A stretch of 62,062 bases of DNA, filler included, from Hausera hauseri (taxonomy: Eukaryota): NCBI GenBank assembly GCA_046269625.1. It is 12 parts of 12 records of this genome, joined end to end, with 100 filler letters (N's around TTAATTAATTAA, not from the genome) between each part and the next. Parts side by side here need not be neighbours in the genome. Positions count along the whole stretch, not along the records: positions 19,778 to 25,902 come from JBJURY010137316.1; positions 26,003 to 31,970 come from JBJURY010160532.1; positions 32,071 to 36,437 come from JBJURY010614776.1; 9 more parts are not named here. The stretch is one strand, 5' to 3'. Of the stretch, positions 21,266 through 33,200 are shown in pieces; position 1 is the first letter of the stretch; every line of letters starts with the position of its first letter. A model generated the notes under the pieces. It saw only the letters and a program-made list of their open reading frames with translations. It had not been told where the DNA came from and did no database searches. The translations under genes were made by a program, and so were the position numbers.

Positions 21266-24200
21266 TTATCTCAAACGCCAATATCCGTACGCACAACTCT
21301 TATTTCGCCCCACCCACATTCGCTTGTCATCGTTGCATGACAAAGCAACCTTTTTATTAGTGACAGTATACAGCTGGTGCTCAATCGATCGTATGGTCGT
21401 TTGAGACACAACAACCTTTCATTTTCCGTCTTCTCCGTCTTGTCCATCATAAACGCGGCTATAATCACCGTGATTTATTTCCGTCTATTTCAACTGGATG
21501 CCTTTTGCCCGCATTTTCAGCCCCCATTCCGTCAGAAGACTGTAGAACTTTGGGAATAGGAATATCCATTCCTTGAATTGAACCCGGCCTTCACTTTTAT
21601 CTGTGAAGCAACCGATTTTGTTTGTTACTGAGCTGCTGTACAGCGGATAATTCTGCGGATAGTTTGACGTGGTCAGTAGTCCATCTTCCATTACTTGTCG
21701 GAGCAGCTGGTCCCGATTGATGTTTTTCAGCTCAAGGAAAAAGCTGTCTGTCTCACCGGCAACGATACTGATTACACAGTCGCCGCCGCCAAACATTTGC
21801 CGGTAACGTGCCAAGTCGCGATACTGGAGCTCGTACATTCGCAACTTGCTAAGGCCCAATACCACTTGTCCGATGTAGCTTGGCGGGTCCAGAACGACTT
21901 CTTCCCTGTTGAGAAGCACGGCGACCAATCCATCGGGAATGTGCATATACCGCCTGAATTGAGCCTTGCTGGTGTACGTAATCAGTCGTTTTTTGTTATT
22001 GCATAGGCGCACATTGAGCCATTTCTTCAGATTTTCCACTGTTTTTCCGTGCAGTGAATTATTTTTCGGCTTGTAATAGTCCTTTTCGAACTTTGTACAA
22101 GCTGCGGCTCGTTTTCCGGAATTTCCCTCAATGTACGCCTTGAATATCGGCGCCTGATTGAAGCGGATTGCACGATGCAGTTGTGTAACGCATACACCGA
22201 GCTGCATGTAAAACTGCAGCAGACGCCAATGAACCACGTAATTCGATTTGGGTTCATGTGTCATGAGCAGTTTCTTTACTTTTGTTGAGCCGCCGGGTAG
22301 ATTTTGGCTAATTGGTGCGACCGGCAGTTCATCCGGAAAGTCATGCAGCTCATCTGGTACCAAGAAATCGACCTCCATCAGGTATCCGATTGAGCTGTTT
22401 TCTGCAGTTGTAGTGTCTGCCGCCCTCGACAGATTTTCCAGTATTGTGTCCAGGTCTTGTTTGTCGACTATCCATTCGAATGAACCGTACGGCAAGGGCT
22501 GTGAAAGCGCCCATCCGTACAGGTTATTAATATCGATGTACAACATTTACGTTGTATCATCACTGGTTACGTAATGTTTGTTGACAAACGTCATGCCACT
22601 ACGAATGCCAAAGTTAAACAAGCGGTACATTTCCAGGTCTTGCAGCAGCTCAATGTCCCGATCAAGTGACATTAGAACTGATGCCCAACTCATTCCCGGT
22701 ATTGAGTAAAATTTGAGCAATTCCAACCTATCTTCCGCCAACGCTTTAGCCCGAAACGCTTGGAATACGTCGGCTTACAAGTACACGTCCAGTTTCAGGT
22801 ACTGGAGCATGTACTTCAACATGTTTCTGCAGCCGAGCTCTGTCCACGCTTTCTGTGCTCTGTGGTACTCGTCTACTGTGATTTCGGCCCATTGTGGCGG
22901 CAATTCCTCTGTTGTCTGAAGCCGCTGGTATGACACAGCAAAGTCATATTAGAATATGCCTATTCTGCGTGCAATATGCGCAGGGAACTGCGTCAGCGTT
23001 ATCGGCACATCCAGCAAGGCACTTACGAGCTTTCCTAGAGACTCATTGAGGAACTACAATGAGTCAAGAAACCGTACCTGAAACCGATTTATGCGTGCCG
23101 ATAGAGACAAGTACTTCTCCATCGTTGTTGGGATTAAGGATAGCTCCCTGTACGGCCCATTTCAAAATATGGTAACAGTCATAACCTCGAAAGTTATAAA
23201 ATATCACCGGTAGGAATGGCCGCACACGCCTTGCCAAATTGCATGAATTGCATGCGGCTCCGAGATGTTGATCGGTGAAATGATTATGATCTGGTACGAG
23301 CCGTTCCTCTGCATCGAACGGTAATAAATTGTGGCACAGGTAACATTCGTATGTGGCTGAAAACATAAATGGTATATAGTCGTCTGTCCACGTGAAGGGT
23401 TTATTGCTATTATTAGTTTACCAAGGTGCGATTTCCGTTTCTACTATTGTTTACAACTGATGCACGAAATCACGGATGCAGTTCCGGGCGTGGAAAATGT
23501 AATACTGCGGTTGACCAGTGCCTTTTATTGGGACTACCAACATACCGACAGCGACTTGGTCTTATGCTTTTGATCGTATACATTGAGCCGTGGAAAAATG
23601 GCTCCAATATCTGCATATACCATGTATTCTAGACTGTTGGATTTTGACCAGTCACTGAACCTCAGCTCCTTTTTGCCTGACATAACGTATATTGTTGTTC
23701 CAGTGGAATTTTGTCTGCAGTGTCACATGTTTCTCCCATGCAGTTTCCGATCTGAATCCATGTAGACATAAAAGTCACCATTTACACCGTATATGCTTTC
23801 TGATGAACTGGTCATGATCCATGTTCAATAGTCTGTCCAAATTTGTCATGGCCGCGTAATGAAAAATTTCCCCTTGTTTTACTCTAACGGCAACAAATTT
23901 ATTGGGCGTCCATTCGGGTTTCAACTTCTATAGATCATGTCCACATGGAGGTTCTTGTAAATCTCTTCATCTTTCTGTATTTCTATAACTGTGTTGTACC
24001 GGAACACGTTAATTGACAATGTTTGGTTACGTCGTTCAAACGTGAGAATGGTTTTTAGTTTCATCGGCATCTAGCTTTCATCAAAATCCAATTCGGAAAA
24101 ATACTGCCGATACTGATTTGGACTACTAGCATGTTTTCTGTCCATTTTATCATATTTTAATACGGCTATAATACTGTAAAAGCAGTATTCATCGTTCTTG

Positions 24201-24750
24201 TTTTGTACATTCTCCACCGCCAGAGACTGCTTCAGATCTGCAGGTGTAGGTATGAATGACCTTCCGGACAAATATATCACGTCACTTGACTTTGTTATAA
24301 TAAACCTGAGTGACAATTTTTATTATTCGCCAGCTACTACCCTTTTCGGCATAGTTGACGATTGTTTCGTCAAGCTTTTCGCCTACATAGGCAATAAAAT
24401 CGTTGGAATACGGTTGGGCTCGATGTGACAGGTACTACTGTTTTCTGTCACCTTCCAAATTTTCAAATTCTGCCAGTGAATAATACTGCACTTTGCAGCG
24501 GTGTTGGTGGTTGTGTTGGAATTTCTTCACTTCTGATTCCACGCTTTAATTGTACTGACTTTTTTGGTGTCATTCCAACTTTTATGTCCACGTACAATCT
24601 GTTTAGATCGTACTTGACAGTAATGGGAAGGTCAGGTTCCTGTTGTTGTTGCTGCTGCTGTTGATATTGTTGTTTGGTATTTTGTATGTGTTCATCAAGA
24701 CTTGTAGATGCTTGACGTTTCCTGCTTCCGACCATGCTGCCTCGACCATT
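21266..24750 (-). pseudogene. Polinton/Maverick-type pPolB (copy 2) with endonuclease VII-like insert
   Basis: GRSFIPTP..NVQNKNDEYCFYSI; CYLC...DHNHFTDQHLGAACNSCNL; YNFRGYD; LYIDINNLYGWALSQPLP; YYKPKNNSLHGK; GETDSFF. C-terminus KVALSCNDDKR..AYGYWRLR*, with the stop at 21266. Confidence 0.96.
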
Positions 24751-25162
24751 ACTATTTGCTTTTTGGACCGCTGAAATTGATTCAAGTGGTCCTTTTGCTG
24801 GTCATAAAATTGTTCATAGTTGATTTGTACTTCAACTCTAGAATAACCGGGCCAAAAATAGGCCTGTTTATTGTGCATCTCTGTGACGCCATAGTACTAC
24901 TCCATTCTACTTTCACCAACGTTGTACACTGTTGTACTATTACAGCACAGTGGGTATACGGGACAAAGCACATTTATCGTCATCTTAGACCGAGTAGACA
25001 GGCCAAGGTGATGCTTGTGCATTTCATAAAAATCGAGGTATGGACAGTGGGTTGGAATATTACACGTTGGACACAAATATGCGTCTTTCCTCCAAAGCTG
25101 TAATATTTCGCAATCTCTTGATGGCACTTATCCGCCTCATGTGTGCGAGAGGCGCAGTCCAT
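24750..25162 (-). pseudogene. Small Cys-rich ORF upstream of pPolB (copy 2)
   Basis: YLCPTCNIPTHCPYLDFYEMHKHHLGLSTRSK. A 1-nt indel relative to copy 1 lies near 25085. Confidence 0.7.
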
Positions 25163-25429
25163 GGGATATTGTAAACATTTCTAAATGCAAAACAAAAATT
25201 ATAAATAAAATAAATTAAAATACATAAACGCTTAAAATTAAAATTAAACATAACCCCAGTGGTCTATTAAATTGCATTACTCTGTTATAAAAATTTGTTA
25301 CCCATACTTCTACTACCACTACTAATCAAATGGAGCAGTACATTCAAAGTGAGATTGAGAAATTGGACGATGACATAATGACTGCACATGAGTAGTATAT
25401 AATTGCTGGTTCTGGGCCACCCCTCTCCA

Positions 25430-25612
25430 GATTGCGTAACTTCCGGTCTGAAATTGCGTAACTTCCGGTGTAAAATTGCGTCACTTCCGGCGGGAATTGC
25501 GTCACTTCCGGTGGAAATTGCGTCACTTCCGCTGAAAATTGCGCAATTTTGCGCAACTTTCACCGGAAGTAACGTATTTTGCGGGCAGGAAATTACGCAA
25601 AAGTTGCGCAAC
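25430..25612. repeat. Five ~21-bp repeats AATTGCGTC/AACTTCCGG, then a palindrome and inverted copies; probable promoter or subterminal region
   Basis: Direct repeats at 25431-25540. TTGCGCAATTTTGCGCAA is followed by inverted CCGGAAGTAACG and GGAAATTACGCAA. Confidence 0.85.
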
Positions 25613-26002
25613 AGAGGTGTCCTGATGAAAAAATTGCGGAAATAGTGTAAGGACACCGAAAAAAAGTGACCTGAAAGAAAAAGTTGTTTTGGGGGAATTG
25701 CGTGTTACTGGAGAAAAATAATGCAATTTTCTCTTCACGGTTGACCTAGGCACATTACTGCGGTTCAAATGGTATAAGGATTGTAGGGATAACTCTTCTG
25801 GATGGTCCGTAAAAGAGTATGCCGGTTCTGGAACAGCGGTGAAAATGACCGGAAAGTCAATATCTCAGCCCGTAGGAGTCGTACGGAGTTCGTTTTGGTG
25901 TCNNNNNNNNNNNNNNNNNNNNNNNNNNNNNNNNNNNNNNNNNNNNTTAATTAATTAANNNNNNNNNNNNNNNNNNNNNNNNNNNNNNNNNNNNNNNNNN
26001 NN

Positions 26003-26108
26003 TTCTCGATAACATAAAAAATTTTCCCACGGTCCGAAAATTTTCCCACGCTCAATGCTTTCTTTCCGCGGGGGGGGGGTTGGTGCCATGCGCTCCTATC
26101 ACACTACT
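26003..26108 (+). mobile_element. Polinton terminal inverted repeat end (...ACTACT-3')
   Basis: Closely similar to 37732-37828. Similarity stops exactly after ACTACT, the reverse complement of the Polinton 5'-AGTAGT terminus. Confidence 0.85.
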
Positions 26109-29100
26109 GAAAGACTTTCAGGAATAAATAATCGCAAAATATATTCGGTCATCAAGGCACCATTGCCCATGTTACCTCCTATCGCTCCATTCTATGACGA
26201 TTCTGACAAACGATCCATGAGTTCATATCAGACGAAAATCTATAAAAGAACAATTAATGTAGAAGATCCTTATGAGGGAAAAAACGTTATGGAATTCTGC
26301 GGAAAATGTGCTACCGACAATCCACAGATGATCCTAAGATGCTGTACTCACCGAGAGAACCTAAGAATATTAAAACTAGATCAACAGTTTTGGACAACCC
26401 AAGGATAAAAACCGTCCAGAATACCGAACTACACACTAACGACCGAGAATCATTGGTTAGTACACACGAATCGACAGAATTGCACATAGAAAACAACGAC
26501 TTATATCCAAACGAAGAACTAAGGCAGTTGTCGGAGAGTATAGTATCCTCCCCCGAAATCCGAATCAATGGACATAAGATATCAGCGCTGAAACACTCAA
26601 AGGATGCACCGAAGTGTTTCGGAACAGTGATAGAAGGAAGACCCTTCGCCAAAATCACTATAAAAAATTGGGAAGTTTATGCCTTAATCGATACAGGATC
26701 TGAGATGTCTTACATCAAAAATGATTTAATACATCAAACACTGAGAGGTCAATTATACCCGCCATTTACAAAAGATCCAGGAAGTACAGGAGCTTTTGGT
26801 CAAATGTCAAAACCAATGTTTAAATGGAACCCAGAAGTTCAAATAGTTGGACAATTTTTCTATCATGAATTTGCAGTTATGGAGCAATTAACCGATGACG
26901 TAGTTCTAGGATGTGATCTACTGAAAAGATTACCAAATATAGCATTTGATTTGCAAACAGGAAAATTAATAAAAATCAGGCCGAACAAAGGCGTGAAAAA
27001 CGCTAAGATTAGAAAATTCAGAGAGGTCTGGATACTCGTAAACGAAGACATTCCACCGAGAACCGAAATGATAATTTATGCCCAGATAAAGCAAGATGAC
27101 GATCAACCAGTTTATTTTGAACCAAAGGATACATGAGATCCGAATATACTACTCAGCAATGTATTAACAAGAGTACACTCCGGTCCAGTACCAATCACAA
27201 TAGCTAATAATGCGCAAACTCCTGTCAAGCTCCATGCGTATACTACTTTAGGAGACACGTATAGAGTATCGTCAATAACGATCGAAGAAAAGCCTTATAA
27301 GTATGCCGAATTTCCACCTCATATCGAAACTAAGTTTTCACATGAGTCATATTGTCGATTGTACGAATTATTATGCCGATACAAATCGATTAATGATAAG
27401 GACGAAGAAGATATCGGTAGAGCGAAAGCATTAAAACTGACTATTGCGCTCAAGAAAAAGCTTGGTTCTAATGAAAAAATAGATCTTGAGGATCAAAAGA
27501 TGCCGAAATGGTACCCTCCACCACATTCGCTAAGGTCCGAGATAACAAAGGAAGTCGAACGAATGCTTAAGGCCGATATAATTAGGTCCAGTTACAGATC
27601 CTGGTACTTACCCATCCTTATGGTAAAGAAGAAAGGGACCACAAAACATCGATTTTGCATTGACTACAGAGCCCTGAATAATCTTATGATGAAGAATTCC
27701 TTTCCATTACCGTCAGTGAAAGAGGCTTTAGACAGACTCTCAGGAGCAAAATGGTTTACCACTCTGGAATTACAATCCGGATACTGGCAAGTGGAGATAG
27801 AAGAGGAAGACCGCTATAAGACAGCATTTAAAACACACTATGATGTTTATGAGTTTAATGTCATGCCGTTCGGTATTACTACTGGACCAGCTATATTTAT
27901 GAGAATGATGAATAAAATGCTAATGGGACTAGATCATGCTTTTGCGTACCTAAACGACGTAATGATAGTGTCAAGGACCGAATGGGAACACTTAAAGGAT
28001 ATCGAACACACAATGATGAGACTGGAACAAGCCGGATTAACGTTAAATCCAAAGAAATGCAAATGGGCTCAAAACGCCGTATCCTACCTTGGCCATATAG
28101 TTGGAGAAGGAGGATCTAGACCGGATAAATCCTTATTAAACAAAATAACAGATTGCATGGCACCACAAAATCAGAAAGAGTTAAGACACTGGCTAGGATT
28201 ATGCGGATATTACGCAACTTACGTGCCAGATAATTCGAAAATTAATGCACCTCCTTATCGGCTAGTAAAAAAGGGAATTAATTGGAAATGGACAGACGTC
28301 GAACAGAAAGCTTTCGACGCAATGAAGAAGATATTAACAAGCGAACCTGTTTTACGATACCCAGATTTTAACTTACCCTTCATAACCAAGACAGACGCCA
28401 GTAAACAAGGCATTGGTTATGAATTAGCGCAGAAAAGAGAATATGAAGAATTATAACACCCAATTGCTTATGGAGGACGATCTTTGAAAAAGGCGGATAA
28501 AAACTATTCTGTTACCAAATTAGAAACTCTAGTTGTGAAAGAAGCACTTCGACACTTCAATGTTTACGTATACGGGCAAAAAATTATAACTGTCACCAAT
28601 CACAAGACCGTTACGACCTTAAAGGGACGAGCAAACAACCCGACATGCAGACTTAACAGATGGATCGAAGAATTATCAAGATACAATATTGAATTTCAAT
28701 ATAAGCCTGGGAATAAACATGTAGACGCGGATGCACTATCGAGATTAAAGAAGAAAACAAGCGCAATCACTATAATGAAAAAGACCCAACTTGAGGAAAT
28801 AATAGACCGCCAACGCGCTTTAAAGATGGATAAAGCCATCAAAATCTCAACAGAACAAAGAAAGGATAAAGTCATCCAACAGATTATAGAATTTGCTAAA
28901 AAGGATATCATACCAAAGGGACGACAGTTAAAGAAACATTTACACCGACACGGACATAAATACTGCGTCTTAAATGACAAAAGCAATGAGGATATTTTAT
29001 ACTACAAAAGAAAAGGAAAGAAACTGATAGTTATCCCAAAAGGCTTACGCCCCGAAGTGCTGATGTCGGAATATGATTCATATTTGGCCGGGCACATGTC

Positions 29101-31350
29101 CTGGAAGAAAACATTAGATAGAATAATGAATAAATATTTTTGGCCTAGCATCTATATTGATGTGAAAAATTGGGTAAATGCTTGTAAAGTATGTGCAACT
29201 AAGCAAAAGAAAATGAAAAATTACATGGCCAAATTAAAACCAAGTGATGTACCCCATAGGCCCATGCAAGCCATGTCGATGGATATCGTAGGACCTGTTC
29301 CTACGACTCACAAGAACAATAAGTATGTCTTAACTTGTATTGATCGATTAACTCATTTTGTTGAGGTGATAGCATTAATTGATCAAAAGGCAGAAACCTT
29401 GGCCGAAGCCGTAGTAAGAAGAATTGTTTGTCGATATGGACCCCCAGACCAGATACTCACAGACCGAGGAAGAAATTTTATCAGCGAACTTTTCGAGAAG
29501 ATTTCCAAAATATTTGAAATCGATCGGTTGACGACTACTGAATATCATCCTCAGTGTAACGGGATGGTGGAACGAATGAACGCAACCGTCATAAGTATAT
29601 TATCGACAGTAGTAGCAAAGGACCAAAAAGATTGGGATGAATTTTTAGAAGGAACTCAGTTTACTATTAATATCACGCCACACGCAGCAACGGATTCAAA
29701 TCATTTTTTATGATGTATGGACGTGAAGCTGTGTTACCCACAGACCTTGGAATGACGCCATACACGGTTAACCCCCAAGATTTGGAACAAAACTTCGCCT
29801 AAGTGCTACAAATGCGATTGCGGAAGTGTTGGGAAATCGCCAAAGAATTATCCCAAGAATATCAAGAGCAGTTTAAAAAGAAATATGATAAGAAAGCAAA
29901 ACCGCATGCTATAGAAAAAGGAAATTGGGTTTATGTACACTACCCCGTAGCTAAGAAAGGCACCTCATTGAAATTGACTCGTACGGGCAGAGAACCTTAC
30001 GAAGTTACCAAGATTACGCCAACTACAGTATATATTAACAAAAATGAAAAGGAAGAAGTGGTGTCAATACAGAGAGTCGTCAAAACGGAAATACGAACCA
30101 ATAAATGTTGCAATTTACGCCAACGCGCGATAAAAACTTCCTTAATAGTTGCTAGACCAATATCGTACGTTCAGATAGTCTTAGCATTATCGCCAATTGC
30201 TTCTTACCTTCCGAGAACACAAACTCAATGGTGGCACGACGAGTCTACGCTAGGGGATATATACGGAATTCGTAAGATTGGATCAAGATCGGAAACTATT
30301 AAAACGGAAAAGAAGCTGACAGTCGAAGAAGTTCAAAAACAAGAAGACACCAAATTATTACAATCAATGACCATTCATTATTACTCACCAAACTCCGTAT
30401 GTGTTGGATTTAAGGCTTGAAAACCACATCACGATTTCGGAAGACTTCAAATTGTCTTATTTGACGTAACCACAAAAGAAACGAAAAATTGTGACTTTGA
30501 ACCTGGAGACTATATGCAGTGTTGAAACATAGATTTTGGACGCACTTATAAACGCACCCAATCGTCTGTACTTGCCAGGCTCATCCGAAGTTTACATTGA
30601 AACAAAGTCACAATTCCAATTAGTCATCCCTGCATGGAACAGACATCATGGAGTAAAACCTAACGAAATGTTACGATCCAGTGACCCAGCTATAAAAATA
30701 TTAGATGAAAATATCCATAGAATCTATGTGAATAAAGACAAACAATGCATTCAAGTAGACGCTCGAACAGGATTAACTCTTAGTCAGAAAATTAGTATCA
30801 CATTCGAGGCAGCAATTGGACCGACCCCAAAAATAGGATATCGTTCCATTCGTGCAAGCATGCAACATCCATGTTGTAAAATACCCGTGAACCAAGAGTT
30901 CAAAATAAAGTTCGACTTATACGAGGTACGACCAAATAAACCAAGTATACAACTACAAACTTACTATCCAGAAAATAGAATTAGGAAAATTTCAGTAGAA
31001 ACAATCACCAAAAGACCGACTACTCAAGTTGGTGCTATTACTAGAACTGCTACCTCGGGCAATGTGCCTAAGAGAAAATTAGGAAGCATCCTATTAAATA
31101 TTCGGCGCATCAATCTAAGATTGTGTTCTTTGTAAAGGAAAAACAAAATTTCGATATACACATAAGCTGTCGGACAACGTATAATAATCAAATTGTAATA
31201 TTATCTAAAAACACTCATCAAACAATGCAAATTACTAAAACCACAATCTGAGTACATAGTACAAGTGCATGCAAAGAACAAACAAACCCAAACAATTACT
31301 TTGCATACCCTAGACGAAATTTATGCAGGATCGCATACACAAATTTTTCA
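26109..31350 (+). mobile_element. Ty3/gypsy family C: gag end-PR-RT-RH-IN plus ~1.2-kb 3' extension, dead copy
   Basis: ALIDTGS...VVLGCDLL; RFCIDYRALN; MPFG; YLND instead of YLDD; TDASKQGIG; MDIVGP, TDRGRNF and YHPQCNGMVER. Several in-frame stops. Confidence 0.95.
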
Positions 31351-31351
31351 G

Positions 31352-31970
31352 TGACTTGCAATCTATTAAGGAGTTGCCACCGAAATAGGATGATGTTAGT
31401 TATAGCGACTATCAGGAAGCACAAATGGCTTGGTAGAGATATAGTTGTAACTGTCTTTTAGAGTATATGTTAATATACATGAAACTGGATGTATACTTAT
31501 TAGGTTATGTTTCTGATCGATATAGAAAAGAGGTTAAGTTTCAGGATAGTTTAGAGGCTACTAATTTTGTATCCAGTCCAGGTTTAAGTTGGGCAACAGC
31601 GCTGTAATCCAGTCATTGTAAGATTGAGCTCATTCAGGATACTGAAATGTATCAGTTCTTTCAATTTGGTATTCTCGGTAATATGACCTTTGTAAATAAG
31701 ATTAGGGTTAAACGTGATGACAGCAATAGTCTCTTGTATATAGATGTAAATAATTTGTACGGCTGGGCTTTATCTCAACCTTTGCCGTTTGCGAATTTGA
31801 CTTGGATTTATGATGAAAAAGAATTAAATAGTCTTATTGAGCAATTACCCTTTATTTACACTGTTACGGAAGAACGAGGCTTAGTTTTTGAGGTTGGTTT
31901 AAGTATTCCGGCTGACAATCATGATAAATTTGATCAACTGCCTGTATCTCCAATAAATTAGTGTCCTCCC
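31352..31970 (+). pseudogene. pPolB internal fragment (copy 3, more AT-rich)
   Basis: ELPPK*DDVSYSDYQEAQ..W, YMKLDVYLL, PGLSW, MTFVNK and LYIDVNNLYGWALSQPLP. Confidence 0.93.
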
Positions 31971-32164
31971 NNNNNNNNNNNNNNNNNNNNNNNNNNNNNN
32001 NNNNNNNNNNNNNNTTAATTAATTAANNNNNNNNNNNNNNNNNNNNNNNNNNNNNNNNNNNNNNNNNNNNACCTTAATAATATGTTACGGAAACAAACAA
32101 ACAGACAAACAAGTAACCTAACATAGAGACACACAGAGAGACAAACGTGCATACATACGTACGT

Positions 32165-32612
32165 TTATACACACACTCACACACACACTTACACACACAC
32201 ACACATTTTCTCAAATAAAGAGATCAAATACCGAAAAGTTACGAATGACAGATGTAATTGGCACCGACTGACGTCATAGTTGAGTGTATTTTTTTTACAG
32301 GAAATACTCTATCATGCTCGTATCTACAACTTTGGTGCCTTAAGAACGATCGGTTCCCAGGATGTGTCCCCGGGACGCCTCTGATCAAGATAGTCTCGAT
32401 AAAGCCGCTGGCTGTTATTTACGTTGTTATTGGCGTGAAGAACAAGTGAAAACATTAATGATCCGAAACAGAATGAGATCTTAAAACCCAATCAAAAAGG
32501 GAGAGAGAGAAGGAACTGAACGAAATGTATAAGGCAGCATGTGCAGAGTTAGAGAGAGAGAGGGGAGAGAGAGAGACAGAGAAAGAGAGAGAGAGAGGAG
32601 GGGGAGGAGAGA
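32165..32612. repeat. (CA)n and (GA)n microsatellites; a further (GT)n tract at ~34783-34880
   Basis: Visible dinucleotide tracts. Confidence 0.9.
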
Positions 32613-33054
32613 GTACCAGACAGATTTAAAAAGCCAGCCTGGCACAAGTACTCCATCAAAAACGAAACTTGGCATCCAATAATCTTTCCATGATCCTTTC
32701 TTGACAGCCAGATTTCCTTTCACGGCGGGTTAAAAAAAACGGACTCCGCAATGCTGGAATATACATCTATTAGTAGAGAATCACACGGGTTCTTTCAGAG
32801 GACATTTTTAGGAAGCATGTCCGAGACGAGTTGAATGGTAACACTGTCAGATTAAGACATACAAATGTAATAAACTTGACGACCATGAGTCAGTATGACA
32901 AGGAGAGAAGGAAGAAAATAAACACAATAAGAAACATACTAGAGTAAGTCTTTTCCCTTATTTTTCATCTCTTGTCTTCTCTTTGATAAGATAAGAAATT
33001 CATTTAACCAGGGTTGAGAAATAGGTAGTATTGCCTGTTTACATTTGTACCCTG

Positions 33055-33200
33055 GGGGTAGATTTTTCCTAGAGTTTTTCCCGGACAGTCTTTTTCGATT
33101 TTCAACGGCCAATGGATTTTTAACGTGCACGACAATTTACACGGACGTCCGATCTCACTACCCAGAAATGGCGAATTGTTTACCGGCTACCGGACCTCAG
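33055..33200 (-). mobile_element. SINE fragment with Nin-like core
   Basis: Highly similar to 55152-55285. The minus strand reads GCACGTTAAAAATCC, like the Nin-domain core. Confidence 0.65.

Noticed and set aside
25285-25768. ORFs with GSDAI / PEVTQF peptide repeats
   Set aside because: By-products of the 21-bp DNA repeat, which is open in several frames.
26003-31970. Gypsy nested within a single Polinton
   Set aside because: The terminus faces outward toward the gypsy, so it and the downstream PolB fragment are better read as separate events.
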